Part shown: piece after piece, positions 7,639-16,309 of the stretch
Layout: each line of letters starts with the position of its first letter
How positions within the stretch are numbered: the first letter of the stretch is position 1
Assembly: GCA_021828295.1 (NCBI GenBank)
Contig: JAKASF010000003.1
Span: 1-60,094, forward strand
From: Candidatus Micrarchaeota archaeon
GTDB lineage: Archaea; Micrarchaeota; Micrarchaeia; Micrarchaeales; CABMGC01
Length of the DNA: 60,094 bases
Reading direction: 5' to 3'
Translations under genes and position numbers: made by a program
Notes under the pieces: model-generated
What the model saw: the letters and a program-made list of their open reading frames with translations, nothing else
What the model was told of the DNA's origin: nothing
Databases searched by the model: none

Positions 7639-7743
7639 GAGCCCGGATGCGCACCTTTGTCGTCGGCAACTGCGCATCAGCGATTGACGAAACCGGAGCG
7701 CATGTATATAAACCCCGGAAAACCACTCTGAAACGTGAGTTAG

Positions 7744-7923
7744 ATGCCATCATCAAAAGTAACAAAACATGAGGCTACCGAGCGCGTTCAGCTGCCTCTC
7801 AGAACCGAAGCCCAGGGCTTTGATGTTTCGATGGACAGCGGCAAGATGGGCGGCGGCCGAGCCCCAGAATCTCCGAAGAAGCTTAGCGGCATCCACAGGC
7901 GCGGCGAGTCGTTTTTCGACTGA
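7744..7923 (+). CDS. small ORF, 59 aa, hypothetical
   Basis: Open frame from ATG to TGA: MPSSKVTKHEATERVQLPLRTEAQGFDVSMDSGKMGGGRAPESPKKLSGIHRRGESFFD. No family recognised. Confidence 0.25.
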   Translation: MPSSKVTKHEATERVQLPLRTEAQGFDVSMDSGKMGGGRAPESPKKLSGIHRRGESFFD

Positions 7924-7925
7924 CG

Positions 7926-8333
7926 CTACACTTTGATTTCATCTCCTTTTTTTATTCCTAACCTGTGCGCAGCTCCTGCATTGAGCTCCAGAACATAGGC
8001 GGCGATTTTCTTTGGCGCGTGCGAGTCGAACGGAGACGAGGACGGTTGCAGTCTTTCGGCCACGTCGACTACAACGCCTGCGCTGTCGAGCCAGATTATG
8101 TCAAGGCCGAACCTCATGTTCATCATTGTCACGGTGGCCGAAAGGATTCCCGGCTGCGCTATTGGGAAGAGCATGCCGTCGTTCCTGCCGAGGCTCTCCC
8201 TATACATGAGGCCTATCATCTTCTTCATGAAAGTGTCAGCAACCTCCACCTTCAGCTTCCTGCCCCCAAAGGCGACCGTCTTCGTCGCATATTGCTTCTT
8301 CCGCAGAAACTCGTATAGCGCCCTGCTCAGCAT
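7926..8333 (-). CDS. DUF192 domain protein
   Basis: 135 aa. MIGLMYRESLGRNDGMLFP...MNMRFGLDIIWLDSAGVVVD...YVLELNAG is the DUF192 (COG1430) pattern. Confidence 0.8.
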   Translation of the reverse strand: MLSRALYEFLRKKQYATKTVAFGGRKLKVEVADTFMKKMIGLMYRESLGRNDGMLFPIAQPGILSATVTMMNMRFGLDIIWLDSAGVVVDVAERLQPSSSPFDSHAPKKIAAYVLELNAGAAHRLGIKKGDEIKV

Positions 8334-8351
8334 CTCTATCCCTCTACGCCC

Positions 8352-8819
8352 TCATTTGCCAATTACAAACTCCTGCCTCGGCTCTTCTGGAAAGTTGATC
8401 TCGTCGAAAAGAACAAATGATTGTGGGCTTACTATGTAGAAGGCAGCTATGAAGCTCTTGTCCTGCAGCTTTTCCAGAGGGATATCCTCGGCCTTGCTGT
8501 ATTTCCTTAGGTAGAGCTCCTTGGCCCTTTTGATCTCGTCTCCCGAGCATTCTCTCGCGGTCCCTTCGAACTGCAGGCCCCTGACCTTCTCTCCGCTTCC
8601 AACTGTGTGGGGCGTGACTACCGTACCCGCAACATTGTGATTTTGCTCTAGCTCGAGCGAGTGCCTTCTCTTCCTGCGCGAAATGAAGTAGAGGTTGAGG
8701 CTGCTGTCACTAACATACCAGACCGAAGCCACCCACGGTTTGCCGCTGTTCGTTGTGGCAATCTGCATGAGTTTCGCCTCATCCAGGTACTGCCTAATAA
8801 GTTCCTCGACGCGTTCCAT
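8352..8819 (-). CDS. pyridoxamine 5'-phosphate oxidase-family (FMN-binding split barrel) protein
   Basis: 155 aa. LMQIATTNSGKPWVASVWYVSDSSLNLYFISRRKRRHSLEL is typical of the PNPOx-like family. Confidence 0.7.
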   Translation of the reverse strand: MERVEELIRQYLDEAKLMQIATTNSGKPWVASVWYVSDSSLNLYFISRRKRRHSLELEQNHNVAGTVVTPHTVGSGEKVRGLQFEGTARECSGDEIKRAKELYLRKYSKAEDIPLEKLQDKSFIAAFYIVSPQSFVLFDEINFPEEPRQEFVIGK

Positions 8820-8823
8820 AGGC

Positions 8824-10443
8824 TCACTTCACTAGGGCTATGCTCTGTTCGCGCATGAACTGCGGAAGGTAGTACTTGCTGCCTGTGCCCTTGCCTGTCA
8901 GCCCGCTTCCCTTCCATCCGCCGAACGTGTGCATTCCGACTATCGCACCTGTGGTCGCGCTCGTGCGCCTGTTTATGTACACTACCCCCGCCTGCACGGC
9001 CCGCATGAACTCGTTTATCTCCTTCCTGTTCTTGCTGTACAGCCCAGCAGTCAACCCGAACTCGGCGTCGTTCGCCTTCTGCAGCGCCTCATCGAACTTC
9101 TTGAAAGTATCCAGGGCGAGTATCGGAACGAACAGCTCCTCGTGCATGAGTTTGTTGGCTTGGTCCACCTCTATCAGCGCGGGCTCAACGTACGCCCCAG
9201 ACAGGCCGGTGGAGACAACGTTTCCGCCGTAAAGGACGCTGCCGGACCTCTTCGCCTCCTCTATGCTCTCCGTGTACTTCTGCAGCGCCTTCTGGCTTAT
9301 CAGCGGTCCCATATACACGTCCTTCTTCAGCGGATCACCTATCTTGAAGCCCCTCATCTTGTCTATCAGCTTGCTCACGAACTCTTCCTTGACAGCATCC
9401 TGCACGTAGACCCGCGAGCAGGCACTGCACTTCTGTCCGTCGAAACCGAAGGCGGCGCTCGCTATGCCATCTACGGCATCGGCTATGTCTGCCTTCTTGC
9501 TGACTATGGCCGGGTTCTTGCCGCCCATCTCGACTATGAACGCCTTGGTCATGTTGAGCTCCAATGCCTTCTTCATCATCTGCAGCCCTGTTGATCTGGA
9601 GCCCGTGAACGCTATTCCGCTCACGTCGGTGCTCGAAACGAGTTCGTCACCCACTTCGGAGCCCGGGCCTGTTATGTAGTTGAAGGCCCCGGCGGGCACC
9701 CCTGCTTCCCTGAATATCTCGTATATCTTCAGGCCGGTCAGCATAGTCATGTTGTCCGTGGAGGAGGGCTTGAAGACGACGGTATTGCCGGTTATCAGCG
9801 CGCCGGTGCTCATGCCCGTAGAGATGGATATTGGGAAGTTGAACGGAGCGATGACCCCAAACACGCCGTACGGCCTAAGCGGCAGGGTTATCCTCTCCTC
9901 GCTGCCCGGCGCACCCTGGAAACCAGCATTCACCTGCTTGCTGCTCGCGCCTATCCTTGTCTTTCGCACATAGCCCCTGTTCCTGAGCATCTCCTGCGAG
10001 TAGTAGTTGAGGAAGTCTATCGCTTCATCAACCTCGCCCACCGACTCGTACCTGCTCTTCCCGTTCTCTATGCTGAGAATGGCAGCGATCTCGAACTTGT
10101 GCTTCCTGAAGAGCTCCGCGGCGTTGAGCATTATATTCGCCCGCTCCCTGTATTCAGTCCCAGACCATGCCCCGAACGCGGCCTTTGCCGCAGCAACAGC
10201 CTGCTGCGCGTGCTCCCTCGTGCCTCTCTGGAACGCGCCGATCATGGTTCCGTCTATGGGCGACCTTTCTGCAAGCTCCTCGCTCGAGAAGACCTCGCTG
10301 CCGCCTATGAACATTCCGTGCTTCTTGCCCAGCTGCTCCGACCTCACCCTGGCAACGGCCTCGTCAAAAAGCCTGTCAAACTCATCCTCGTTGCCCTGCT
10401 CCGTGTAGTTCTTGTACGTGTATTCGTTCTGAAAACTAGGCAT
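8824..10443 (-). CDS. aldehyde dehydrogenase family; 1-pyrroline-5-carboxylate (glutamate semialdehyde) dehydrogenase-like
   Basis: 539 aa. N-terminus resembles RocA/PruA-type P5CDH. ALDH motifs present: FTGSRSTG, EMGGKNP, GQKCSACSR (catalytic Cys), EELFVPIL. Confidence 0.85.
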   Translation of the reverse strand: MPSFQNEYTYKNYTEQGNEDEFDRLFDEAVARVRSEQLGKKHGMFIGGSEVFSSEELAERSPIDGTMIGAFQRGTREHAQQAVAAAKAAFGAWSGTEYRERANIMLNAAELFRKHKFEIAAILSIENGKSRYESVGEVDEAIDFLNYYSQEMLRNRGYVRKTRIGASSKQVNAGFQGAPGSEERITLPLRPYGVFGVIAPFNFPISISTGMSTGALITGNTVVFKPSSTDNMTMLTGLKIYEIFREAGVPAGAFNYITGPGSEVGDELVSSTDVSGIAFTGSRSTGLQMMKKALELNMTKAFIVEMGGKNPAIVSKKADIADAVDGIASAAFGFDGQKCSACSRVYVQDAVKEEFVSKLIDKMRGFKIGDPLKKDVYMGPLISQKALQKYTESIEEAKRSGSVLYGGNVVSTGLSGAYVEPALIEVDQANKLMHEELFVPILALDTFKKFDEALQKANDAEFGLTAGLYSKNRKEINEFMRAVQAGVVYINRRTSATTGAIVGMHTFGGWKGSGLTGKGTGSKYYLPQFMREQSIALVK

Positions 10444-10555
10444 CTTATCGTGTCATATCGGAGCCAAAAATATTAATGCGTTCCACCCGCGTCTGTGTGC
10501 CTAAAGCCAACGTTTATAATGAGCGGAAACCCAGGATTCTCAAACAGGCAGCAGC

Positions 10556-11440
10556 ATGAGCATTGAGAAGAGAAGAAAGTACGAAGACATAGAAGACGCT
10601 TACTCAAAACACAAAGACATCCGCGTCGGCCTCGGAAAGTATCTCTCGGATCGGGAGAAGGAGGCGGGCGACGCCAAGGAGATCGGGGAGGCGCTCCTGG
10701 ACGAGAGAATAGTAGGGTTCGTGTCAACGGCGAGGAAGACCAACATGAACGTATACTCGGCTATAGCGCTCGCTGTCCTGAAGGTTCAGAATCCGGAATC
10801 CTTCGAAAACGCCGTGTCGCTGGCGAACGGGGTCAAAAACTATCCCGAAGAGGCCGCAGACATGCTCGTCGTGCTGTCCAGGGTATCGGACATGATCGTA
10901 TCATTGAAAGACAAGTCCGGCAGCGCCGCATTCGACGGTTTGGTCGCACGCGTCATAGATAGGCTCAGCTCGCACGGCAAAAAGCTCGAGCTCGAGCGCA
11001 TGATGGAGGTAGTAGACGTAGTCAAGCCTTACATAATCCTGCCAGAGAGATCGCTTTCAATCAGCGCATTCGACCTGGGGCTCAGGGGAATATCCGCTGT
11101 GGTCGGCTATGAACCCAGGGGCGCATCCCAGGAAGACGAACAGCCCGCCCCTCTGCGTGAGAATGTCCTGCGCAAAGAAGACACGGACAAGGAGCTAAGC
11201 GAACTGGAGAAGAAGGTCCTGGCGCAGCTGCTGGTCCACGACGACACGGCATCGGAGCTTGCGAGAAAGATGAAAGAGAGCCAAAACGAGGTTTACAAGG
11301 CATGCCAGGACCTGAACAGCAAAAGCCTGGTGACGAAGAACTCGTTCGAGGTGTACTCGCTTGTCAACAGGGGCAAGCTATTCAACAGGTGGAGTTCGGA
11401 GCACAAGGACTGGCAAGCCAGCGGGGAGATAGGGCCCTAG
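10556..11440 (+). CDS. hypothetical protein with C-terminal winged-helix (MarR-like) segment
   Basis: 294 aa. LSELEKKVLAQLLVHDDTASELARKMKESQNEVYKACQDLNSKSLV looks like a wHTH. Lies 47 nt upstream of scpA on the same strand. Confidence 0.55.
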   Translation: MSIEKRRKYEDIEDAYSKHKDIRVGLGKYLSDREKEAGDAKEIGEALLDERIVGFVSTARKTNMNVYSAIALAVLKVQNPESFENAVSLANGVKNYPEEAADMLVVLSRVSDMIVSLKDKSGSAAFDGLVARVIDRLSSHGKKLELERMMEVVDVVKPYIILPERSLSISAFDLGLRGISAVVGYEPRGASQEDEQPAPLRENVLRKEDTDKELSELEKKVLAQLLVHDDTASELARKMKESQNEVYKACQDLNSKSLVTKNSFEVYSLVNRGKLFNRWSSEHKDWQASGEIGP

Positions 11441-11487
11441 CGAATGCTTTTTATTACTATAACGAGAGGGTATAGGCGGCGACACAG

Positions 11488-12183
11488 ATGCAGGAGACGA
11501 GGACCGAGAGCGCTGTCAGCGTTAACAAATTCGACATAGAGGGACTCGTAAGCGACCCCACCTGGAAGGACATACTCGTAGAGCTTGTGAAGAGCAACGA
11601 GCTCAACCCCTGGGACATAGACCTTGTGGCCATAGTCGAGGGCTACATAGGCGTGGTCAAGCACATGAAGGTGCTGGACCTGAGGGTGCCCGCCAACATA
11701 ATACTAGCAGCCGCTATACTGCTGAAACTCAAGAGCGACATGCTCGAGCTGGAGGAGAAGGAGGAGCGGGTGGCTGCAGAGGAAGAGATGCTGCCGCCTT
11801 ACGTGCCCGCAGACGGCCTCTCGATAAGGCTCAGGCTTCCGCACAAGAGCAGGGTCTCGCTCAACGAGCTCATAACCGCGCTGGAGGAGGCTATGAAGCT
11901 TAAGGAGCTCAAGGAGGCGCAGGCAAGCGCGCCGATAAGCAAGCCCATACCGGTCATATTCAACCACGCAGACGTAGAGGCCGACGCGGAGCGCGTGCTC
12001 AAGCTGGTCAAGAAGAATCTCGACGGCAGCAACGCCGTGACCTACTCGATCCTCTGCGAGACGGCAAAAAGCGACGCCCCGCTTCTGGAGGTGTTCATAC
12101 CGCTGCTCTTCCTGACTACCAAGAACAAGGTACTTCTGCTTCAGGAAACTTTCTTCGGCGAGATAATAGTCTCGCTCAACTAG
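11488..12183 (+). CDS. scpA: segregation and condensation protein A (kleisin)
   Basis: 231 aa. WKDILVELVKSNELNPWDIDLVAIVEGYIGVVKHMKVLDLRVPANIILAAAILLKLKS is the ScpA signature. Confidence 0.85.
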   Translation: MQETRTESAVSVNKFDIEGLVSDPTWKDILVELVKSNELNPWDIDLVAIVEGYIGVVKHMKVLDLRVPANIILAAAILLKLKSDMLELEEKEERVAAEEEMLPPYVPADGLSIRLRLPHKSRVSLNELITALEEAMKLKELKEAQASAPISKPIPVIFNHADVEADAERVLKLVKKNLDGSNAVTYSILCETAKSDAPLLEVFIPLLFLTTKNKVLLLQETFFGEIIVSLN

Positions 12184-12190
12184 TGGTCCC

Positions 12191-12670
12191 ATGCCGGAAG
12201 AGGAGCAGGTAGACTACAAGAAGCTGATAGAGGCGGCGCTCTTCATGTCGCCCAACGCACTCAGCGCGCAGAACCTGTCAGAGATAACAGGCATAAAATC
12301 GATAGGCCACATAGAGCAGATGCTCGATGCGCTCAGGTCAGAGTACTCGTCACGCGACACATCTCTGGAGATCGCGGAGATAGACAAGAAGTACATGCTC
12401 TCGCTGCGTGAACCGTACGCGAGCCGCGTGAGCAATCTCGCCAGCGGGCCAGACATAACGAAGGGCGCGCTCAAGGTGCTCGCATACGTGAGCCAGAACA
12501 GCAACACGCTGCAGAGCTACCTGGTCAAGGTCTTCGGCGCATCCACGTACGACCACATGAAGGAGCTGATGGAGCAGGGCTTCGTGGAGAGGAAGAAGCA
12601 GGGGAGGAGCTGGCGCATCAACGTAACAAACAAGTTCAAGGAGTACTTCAACGCTCCGCCTAGTAGGTAG
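12191..12670 (+). CDS. scpB: segregation and condensation protein B
   Basis: 159 aa. LIEAALFMSPNALSAQNLSEITG...LDALRSEYSSRDTSLEIAEIDKKYML is the ScpB signature. Confidence 0.85.
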   Translation: MPEEEQVDYKKLIEAALFMSPNALSAQNLSEITGIKSIGHIEQMLDALRSEYSSRDTSLEIAEIDKKYMLSLREPYASRVSNLASGPDITKGALKVLAYVSQNSNTLQSYLVKVFGASTYDHMKELMEQGFVERKKQGRSWRINVTNKFKEYFNAPPSR

Positions 12671-13196
12671 GGTGTGCCTCCGCGACCCCTTCTGTGTAAT
12701 TGAGGTACAGCGCGGCGACGAAGAGATAGGAAGAAAGCCTGTTCATGTAGACCTTAACCGAGTTGTCGATCTTGAGGCTGCCAGAAGCGGCGATTACGCT
12801 CCTCTCCGCTCTCCTGGCCACGGATCTCGCCAGGTGCATGTGCGCCGCCGCTTCGCAACCCCCAGGGATGACGAACTTCTTCAACCTGGGAATGCGGCGC
12901 CCCATGTCCTCTATCGAGCCTTCCAGCCTTGCTACGGCTTCGGGGCCGAGGTTGGCTTGGTCTATCTTCTTTTTAGGGGACGCGAGGTTCGCGCCGATGA
13001 TAAAAAGCTCGTTCTGCACCGTCTTGAGCTGCTTCCTGACCATTGTGTCGCGCGTGTAATAGAGCGCTACGCCTATCGCGCTATTCAGCTCGTCGACCTC
13101 GCCTATGGCGTTGAATATAGGATCGTCTTTGACGCGCCGCCCCGCTCCGAGCAGGCCGCTGCGGCCGTCGTCCCCTTTGCCGGTGTAATAGGACAT
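12660..13196 (-). CDS. PduO-type ATP:cob(I)alamin adenosyltransferase
   Basis: 178 aa. YTGKGDDGRSGLLGAGRRVKDDPIFNAIGEVDELNSAIG is the family N-terminal signature. Confidence 0.9.
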   Translation of the reverse strand: MSYYTGKGDDGRSGLLGAGRRVKDDPIFNAIGEVDELNSAIGVALYYTRDTMVRKQLKTVQNELFIIGANLASPKKKIDQANLGPEAVARLEGSIEDMGRRIPRLKKFVIPGGCEAAAHMHLARSVARRAERSVIAASGSLKIDNSVKVYMNRLSSYLFVAALYLNYTEGVAEAHPTY

Positions 13197-13242
13197 GCCC
13201 CCACTTATTGCATTTAATATGTTGCTAACTTATTAAAAATGA

Positions 13243-13313
13243 GGGCCCGTGGTCCATCGGTAAGACGCCACTTTCACAGAGTGGAGAGCCGAGTTCGACT
13301 CTCGGCGGGCCCA
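13243..13313 (+). tRNA. tRNA-Val (anticodon CAC)
   Basis: Acceptor GGGCCCG/CGGGCCC plus A. Anticodon arm CCACT-TTCACAG-AGTGG. T arm CCGAG-TTCGACT-CTCGG. Short D arm. Confidence 0.85.
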
Positions 13314-13341
13314 TTCCCTTCAAATCGCCGAGAGCGCGAGC

Positions 13342-13740
13342 CTATCTTCTCAGTTCGTAGAGCGCGAGCAGCAGCACTATCAGGTACATCACGAGGCCGT
13401 AGATGCACGGCGGCTGTCCCAGTATGTCAAAGTTGGTGCAGCTGACGGCGGACCACGTCTCGGTTGTGAGGAAAGCGGCGAACAGTATACCTATGAAAGA
13501 GACGCAGGCCAGCGCAAGCGTTGCCGCGCCGCGCGCGTTAAGCTTCAACAATGCGAACAGCGTAAGCAGGAAGACGGCTATGTACATCACCAACCCGTAG
13601 AAGCAGCTCGGCGCCCCGAAGATGAAGATCTCGCATCCCGGCCGACCGCTTGCAAACGTGTAGTACGTGAGATAGCCGGAGAAAAGCACACCCGCAAGCG
13701 CGAGCACAGCAACGGCGTCGATGATCGTCTTTTTTTTCAC
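13342..13740 (-). CDS. 4-TM membrane protein, VKOR/DsbB-like, with two internal Cys-pair repeats
   Basis: 132 aa with two halves. First: SGYLTYYTF..GRPGCEIFIFGAPSCFYGLVMY. Second: AAFLTTETWSAVSCTNFDILGQPPCIYGLVMY. Resembles small archaeal proteins annotated as vitamin K epoxide reductase family, but has no CxxC. Confidence 0.5.
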   Translation of the reverse strand: MKKKTIIDAVAVLALAGVLFSGYLTYYTFASGRPGCEIFIFGAPSCFYGLVMYIAVFLLTLFALLKLNARGAATLALACVSFIGILFAAFLTTETWSAVSCTNFDILGQPPCIYGLVMYLIVLLLALYELRR

Positions 13741-13858
13741 AGGATCACAGTCTGCATGGCAGCGTGAGAGCGTAAAATCCTTTTGGCGATGACTCTTCTT
13801 ACTCGGACGAGATAGACAAATATAAATAAAGCAAAGTCTAACATTCCATATTGAGTCG

Positions 13859-15160
13859 ATGGCTCAGAACGGCGACCAGAAGGAGAAATACAAATTTCTT
13901 TTCGTTACTCAAGAGGCTCTTTCTGCAGATCTGGCGTGGCAGCTTGCCAAGGAAGGGCACGCTGTAAAGTTCTACTGCCACGACCAGCCCGAAAAGGACG
14001 TAGGCGACGGTTTCTTCGAGAAGGTAGATGACTGGGAGAAGAGCAAGGATTGGGCCGATACAATAATCTTCGACGACGTTGGCTTCGGGTCAAAGGCCGA
14101 GCAGCTCAGGAAAGAAGGCAAGTTTGTCGTGGGCGGATCTGCGTATACAGACAAGCTCGAGCTCGACAGGGAGTTCGGCCAGACGGAATTGAAGAGCGCA
14201 GGCGTGAACATACTCCTCGGCCAGAGCTTCGTCGATTTTGACGAAGCGATAAAGTTCATCAAGGCAAACCCCGACAGGTACGTGCTGAAGCCCAGCGGCG
14301 AGATACAGGACGAGAAGGAACTGCTGTTCGTCGGCCAGGAGGTTGACGGCAAAGACGTGATACAGGTGCTTGATCACTACAAGGATACCTGGTCGAAGAA
14401 GATGAAGAGCTTCCTGCTCCAAAAGTACGCCGATGGCGTGGAGGTGGCCGTTGGAGCGTTTTTCAACGGCAGGGAGTTCATACTTCCCGTGTGCATAAAC
14501 TTCGAGCACAAGAAGCTCTTCCCGAACGAGATAGGCCCGAGCACCGGAGAGATGGGCACATTGATCTACTACACCTCCCGAAGCCCAGTTTTCGAGGAGA
14601 CGCTGCTTAAGATGAGGGAAAAACTGGGAGAGAGCGGTTACGTGGGCTACATAGACATAAACTGCATAGCCAACGCGAAGGGGATATGGCCTCTGGAGTT
14701 CACCAGCAGGTTCGGCTACCCCACGGTAAGCATACAGATGGAGGGCATAACCAGCGAGTGGGGCCAATTCATGTACGAACTGGCGCACGGCAAGAGCGCG
14801 CAGCTCAAAGCGAAGAAAGGATTCCAGGTTGGCGTGGTGATTGCCATTCCCCCGTTTCCATTCGAGGACCTAAGGGCGTTCAAGAAGTACTCGGAAGGAG
14901 CAGCGATACTCTTCAAGAAGCCCACGCTTGACGGCGTGCACATAGGCGAGGTGAAGAAGGTCAAAGACGATTGGTACATAGCCGGCCAGTCTGGCTATGC
15001 GCTAGTGGTGACCGGATCAGGGGTCACGGTGGTCGACGCCATAAAGAACGCCTACCAATCTGTGGGCAACGTGATGATACCGAACATGTTCTACCGCTCC
15101 GACATAGGCCAGAGGTGGGCGCGCGATAGCGACATGCTTCTGAGCTGGGGCTACTTCTGA
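13859..15160 (+). CDS. ATP-grasp protein, divergent phosphoribosylamine-glycine ligase (PurD)-like
   Basis: 433 aa. INFEHKKLFPNEIGPSTGEMGT parallels the PurD DHKRxxDGDxGPNTGGMG block. The N-terminal GGREHA motif of true PurD is absent. Confidence 0.65.
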   Translation: MAQNGDQKEKYKFLFVTQEALSADLAWQLAKEGHAVKFYCHDQPEKDVGDGFFEKVDDWEKSKDWADTIIFDDVGFGSKAEQLRKEGKFVVGGSAYTDKLELDREFGQTELKSAGVNILLGQSFVDFDEAIKFIKANPDRYVLKPSGEIQDEKELLFVGQEVDGKDVIQVLDHYKDTWSKKMKSFLLQKYADGVEVAVGAFFNGREFILPVCINFEHKKLFPNEIGPSTGEMGTLIYYTSRSPVFEETLLKMREKLGESGYVGYIDINCIANAKGIWPLEFTSRFGYPTVSIQMEGITSEWGQFMYELAHGKSAQLKAKKGFQVGVVIAIPPFPFEDLRAFKKYSEGAAILFKKPTLDGVHIGEVKKVKDDWYIAGQSGYALVVTGSGVTVVDAIKNAYQSVGNVMIPNMFYRSDIGQRWARDSDMLLSWGYF

Positions 15161-15218
15161 TAAGTATAGGATATCCTATACGTTTATATATCTGAAGAGA
15201 CCAAATACGATTGATAAC

Positions 15219-15827
15219 ATGGCATGGGACACGCTAGCCGACGACTCTATCATAGAAAAAACGGCAGAGGCGCTGAAGAAGCGTGGAATTGAGGTATTTG
15301 TGGTATCTAACGGAGAGGAGGCAAAGAAGAAGGTGCTCGAGCTGATTCCAGAGGGCTCGACGGTAATGGAAGCTTCCTCGACGACGATGAACGAGATAGG
15401 GATCACACAGGAGATCGAGGAGAGCGGCAAGTACGACTCTGTCAGGAAGAAGCTTCACGGCATAACCGACGCCGAGGAGAGGAATAGGATGAGGCGTCAG
15501 TTCCTCTCCGCGCCCTACGCCATAGGGAGCGTGCAGGCGGTAACAGAGGACGGCAAGCTGGTCGTAGCATCGGCGAGCGGCAGCCAGATCTCCTTCTACG
15601 CCTTCGATTCCCAGAACGTGATCCTCGCCGTGAGCACGATGAAGATAGTCAAGGACCTCGACGCGGCGTTCAAGCGCATCCACGAGCGGGCGCTTCCGCT
15701 TGAGAACAAGCGCGTGCACGACCAGTACGGATGGAACGGCAGCTACATAGGAAAGCTGATGGTACTGGAGCGCGACAGGCCCGGAAGGACCAGAGTCATA
15801 TTCGTCAAGGAACAGCTGGGGTTCTAG
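15219..15827 (+). CDS. LUD (LutC/YkgG-like, DUF162) domain protein
   Basis: 202 aa. The N-terminal TLADDSIIEKTAEALKKRGIEVFVVSNGEEAKKKVLELIPEGSTV and overall layout fit LUD_dom proteins. Confidence 0.7.
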   Translation: MAWDTLADDSIIEKTAEALKKRGIEVFVVSNGEEAKKKVLELIPEGSTVMEASSTTMNEIGITQEIEESGKYDSVRKKLHGITDAEERNRMRRQFLSAPYAIGSVQAVTEDGKLVVASASGSQISFYAFDSQNVILAVSTMKIVKDLDAAFKRIHERALPLENKRVHDQYGWNGSYIGKLMVLERDRPGRTRVIFVKEQLGF

Positions 15828-16236
15828 GCCCCTGCTTCCTGCGCAGGCCCTCCAGGGAGGTGATCCTGCTCACCTCAGCAGAGTAGTCGGGCCAGCTTAC
15901 CCGCTTGGCTTTCGCAGCCGCTTTCTCAATGAAGGTGGCAATCGTATGCTCCACGTGATACAGCGCGTGGGGGTCGTCCCCCGGCTCCTCGTACGGGCCG
16001 AGGTAGCTTCTGTCAAATGCCATTATCTTCTGGTCAGATTTGCGGAACACTCTGCAAAGTTCATACTCTACCATCTCGTGCAGCGCAACCAGGAACACGT
16101 AGCGCCGGTCTGTCATGCTGCTTACGCGTATCTCAACCGGCTTCCCCGGTATCCAGTCCCCTATGTTAACTGGGGCCCGCTGTCTCTCGTGCGGGACCTC
16201 GTTTATTCGGAATCCCAGTGCGGTCGCCAATGACAC
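15805..16236 (-). CDS. hypothetical protein
   Basis: 143-aa ORF whose end converges on and overlaps the LUD gene by 23 nt. No family recognised. Confidence 0.45.
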   Translation of the reverse strand: MSLATALGFRINEVPHERQRAPVNIGDWIPGKPVEIRVSSMTDRRYVFLVALHEMVEYELCRVFRKSDQKIMAFDRSYLGPYEEPGDDPHALYHVEHTIATFIEKAAAKAKRVSWPDYSAEVSRITSLEGLRRKQGPRTPAVP

Positions 16237-16309
16237 CCGATCGAGGTAGCATAAGAGCCGACCATTATTAAACGTTTCTCAAAGTCTCGCTAACTGTAGC
16301 ACTGCCGGG

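Noticed and set aside
14090-14788. 232-aa minus-strand ORF
   Set aside because: Antisense to the PurD-like ATP-grasp gene, which contains a conserved catalytic block.
15805-16236. Possible metalloprotease motif HEMVE in the 143-aa ORF
   Set aside because: It is HExxE, not HExxH, and no downstream third ligand pattern was seen. The ORF is left as hypothetical.
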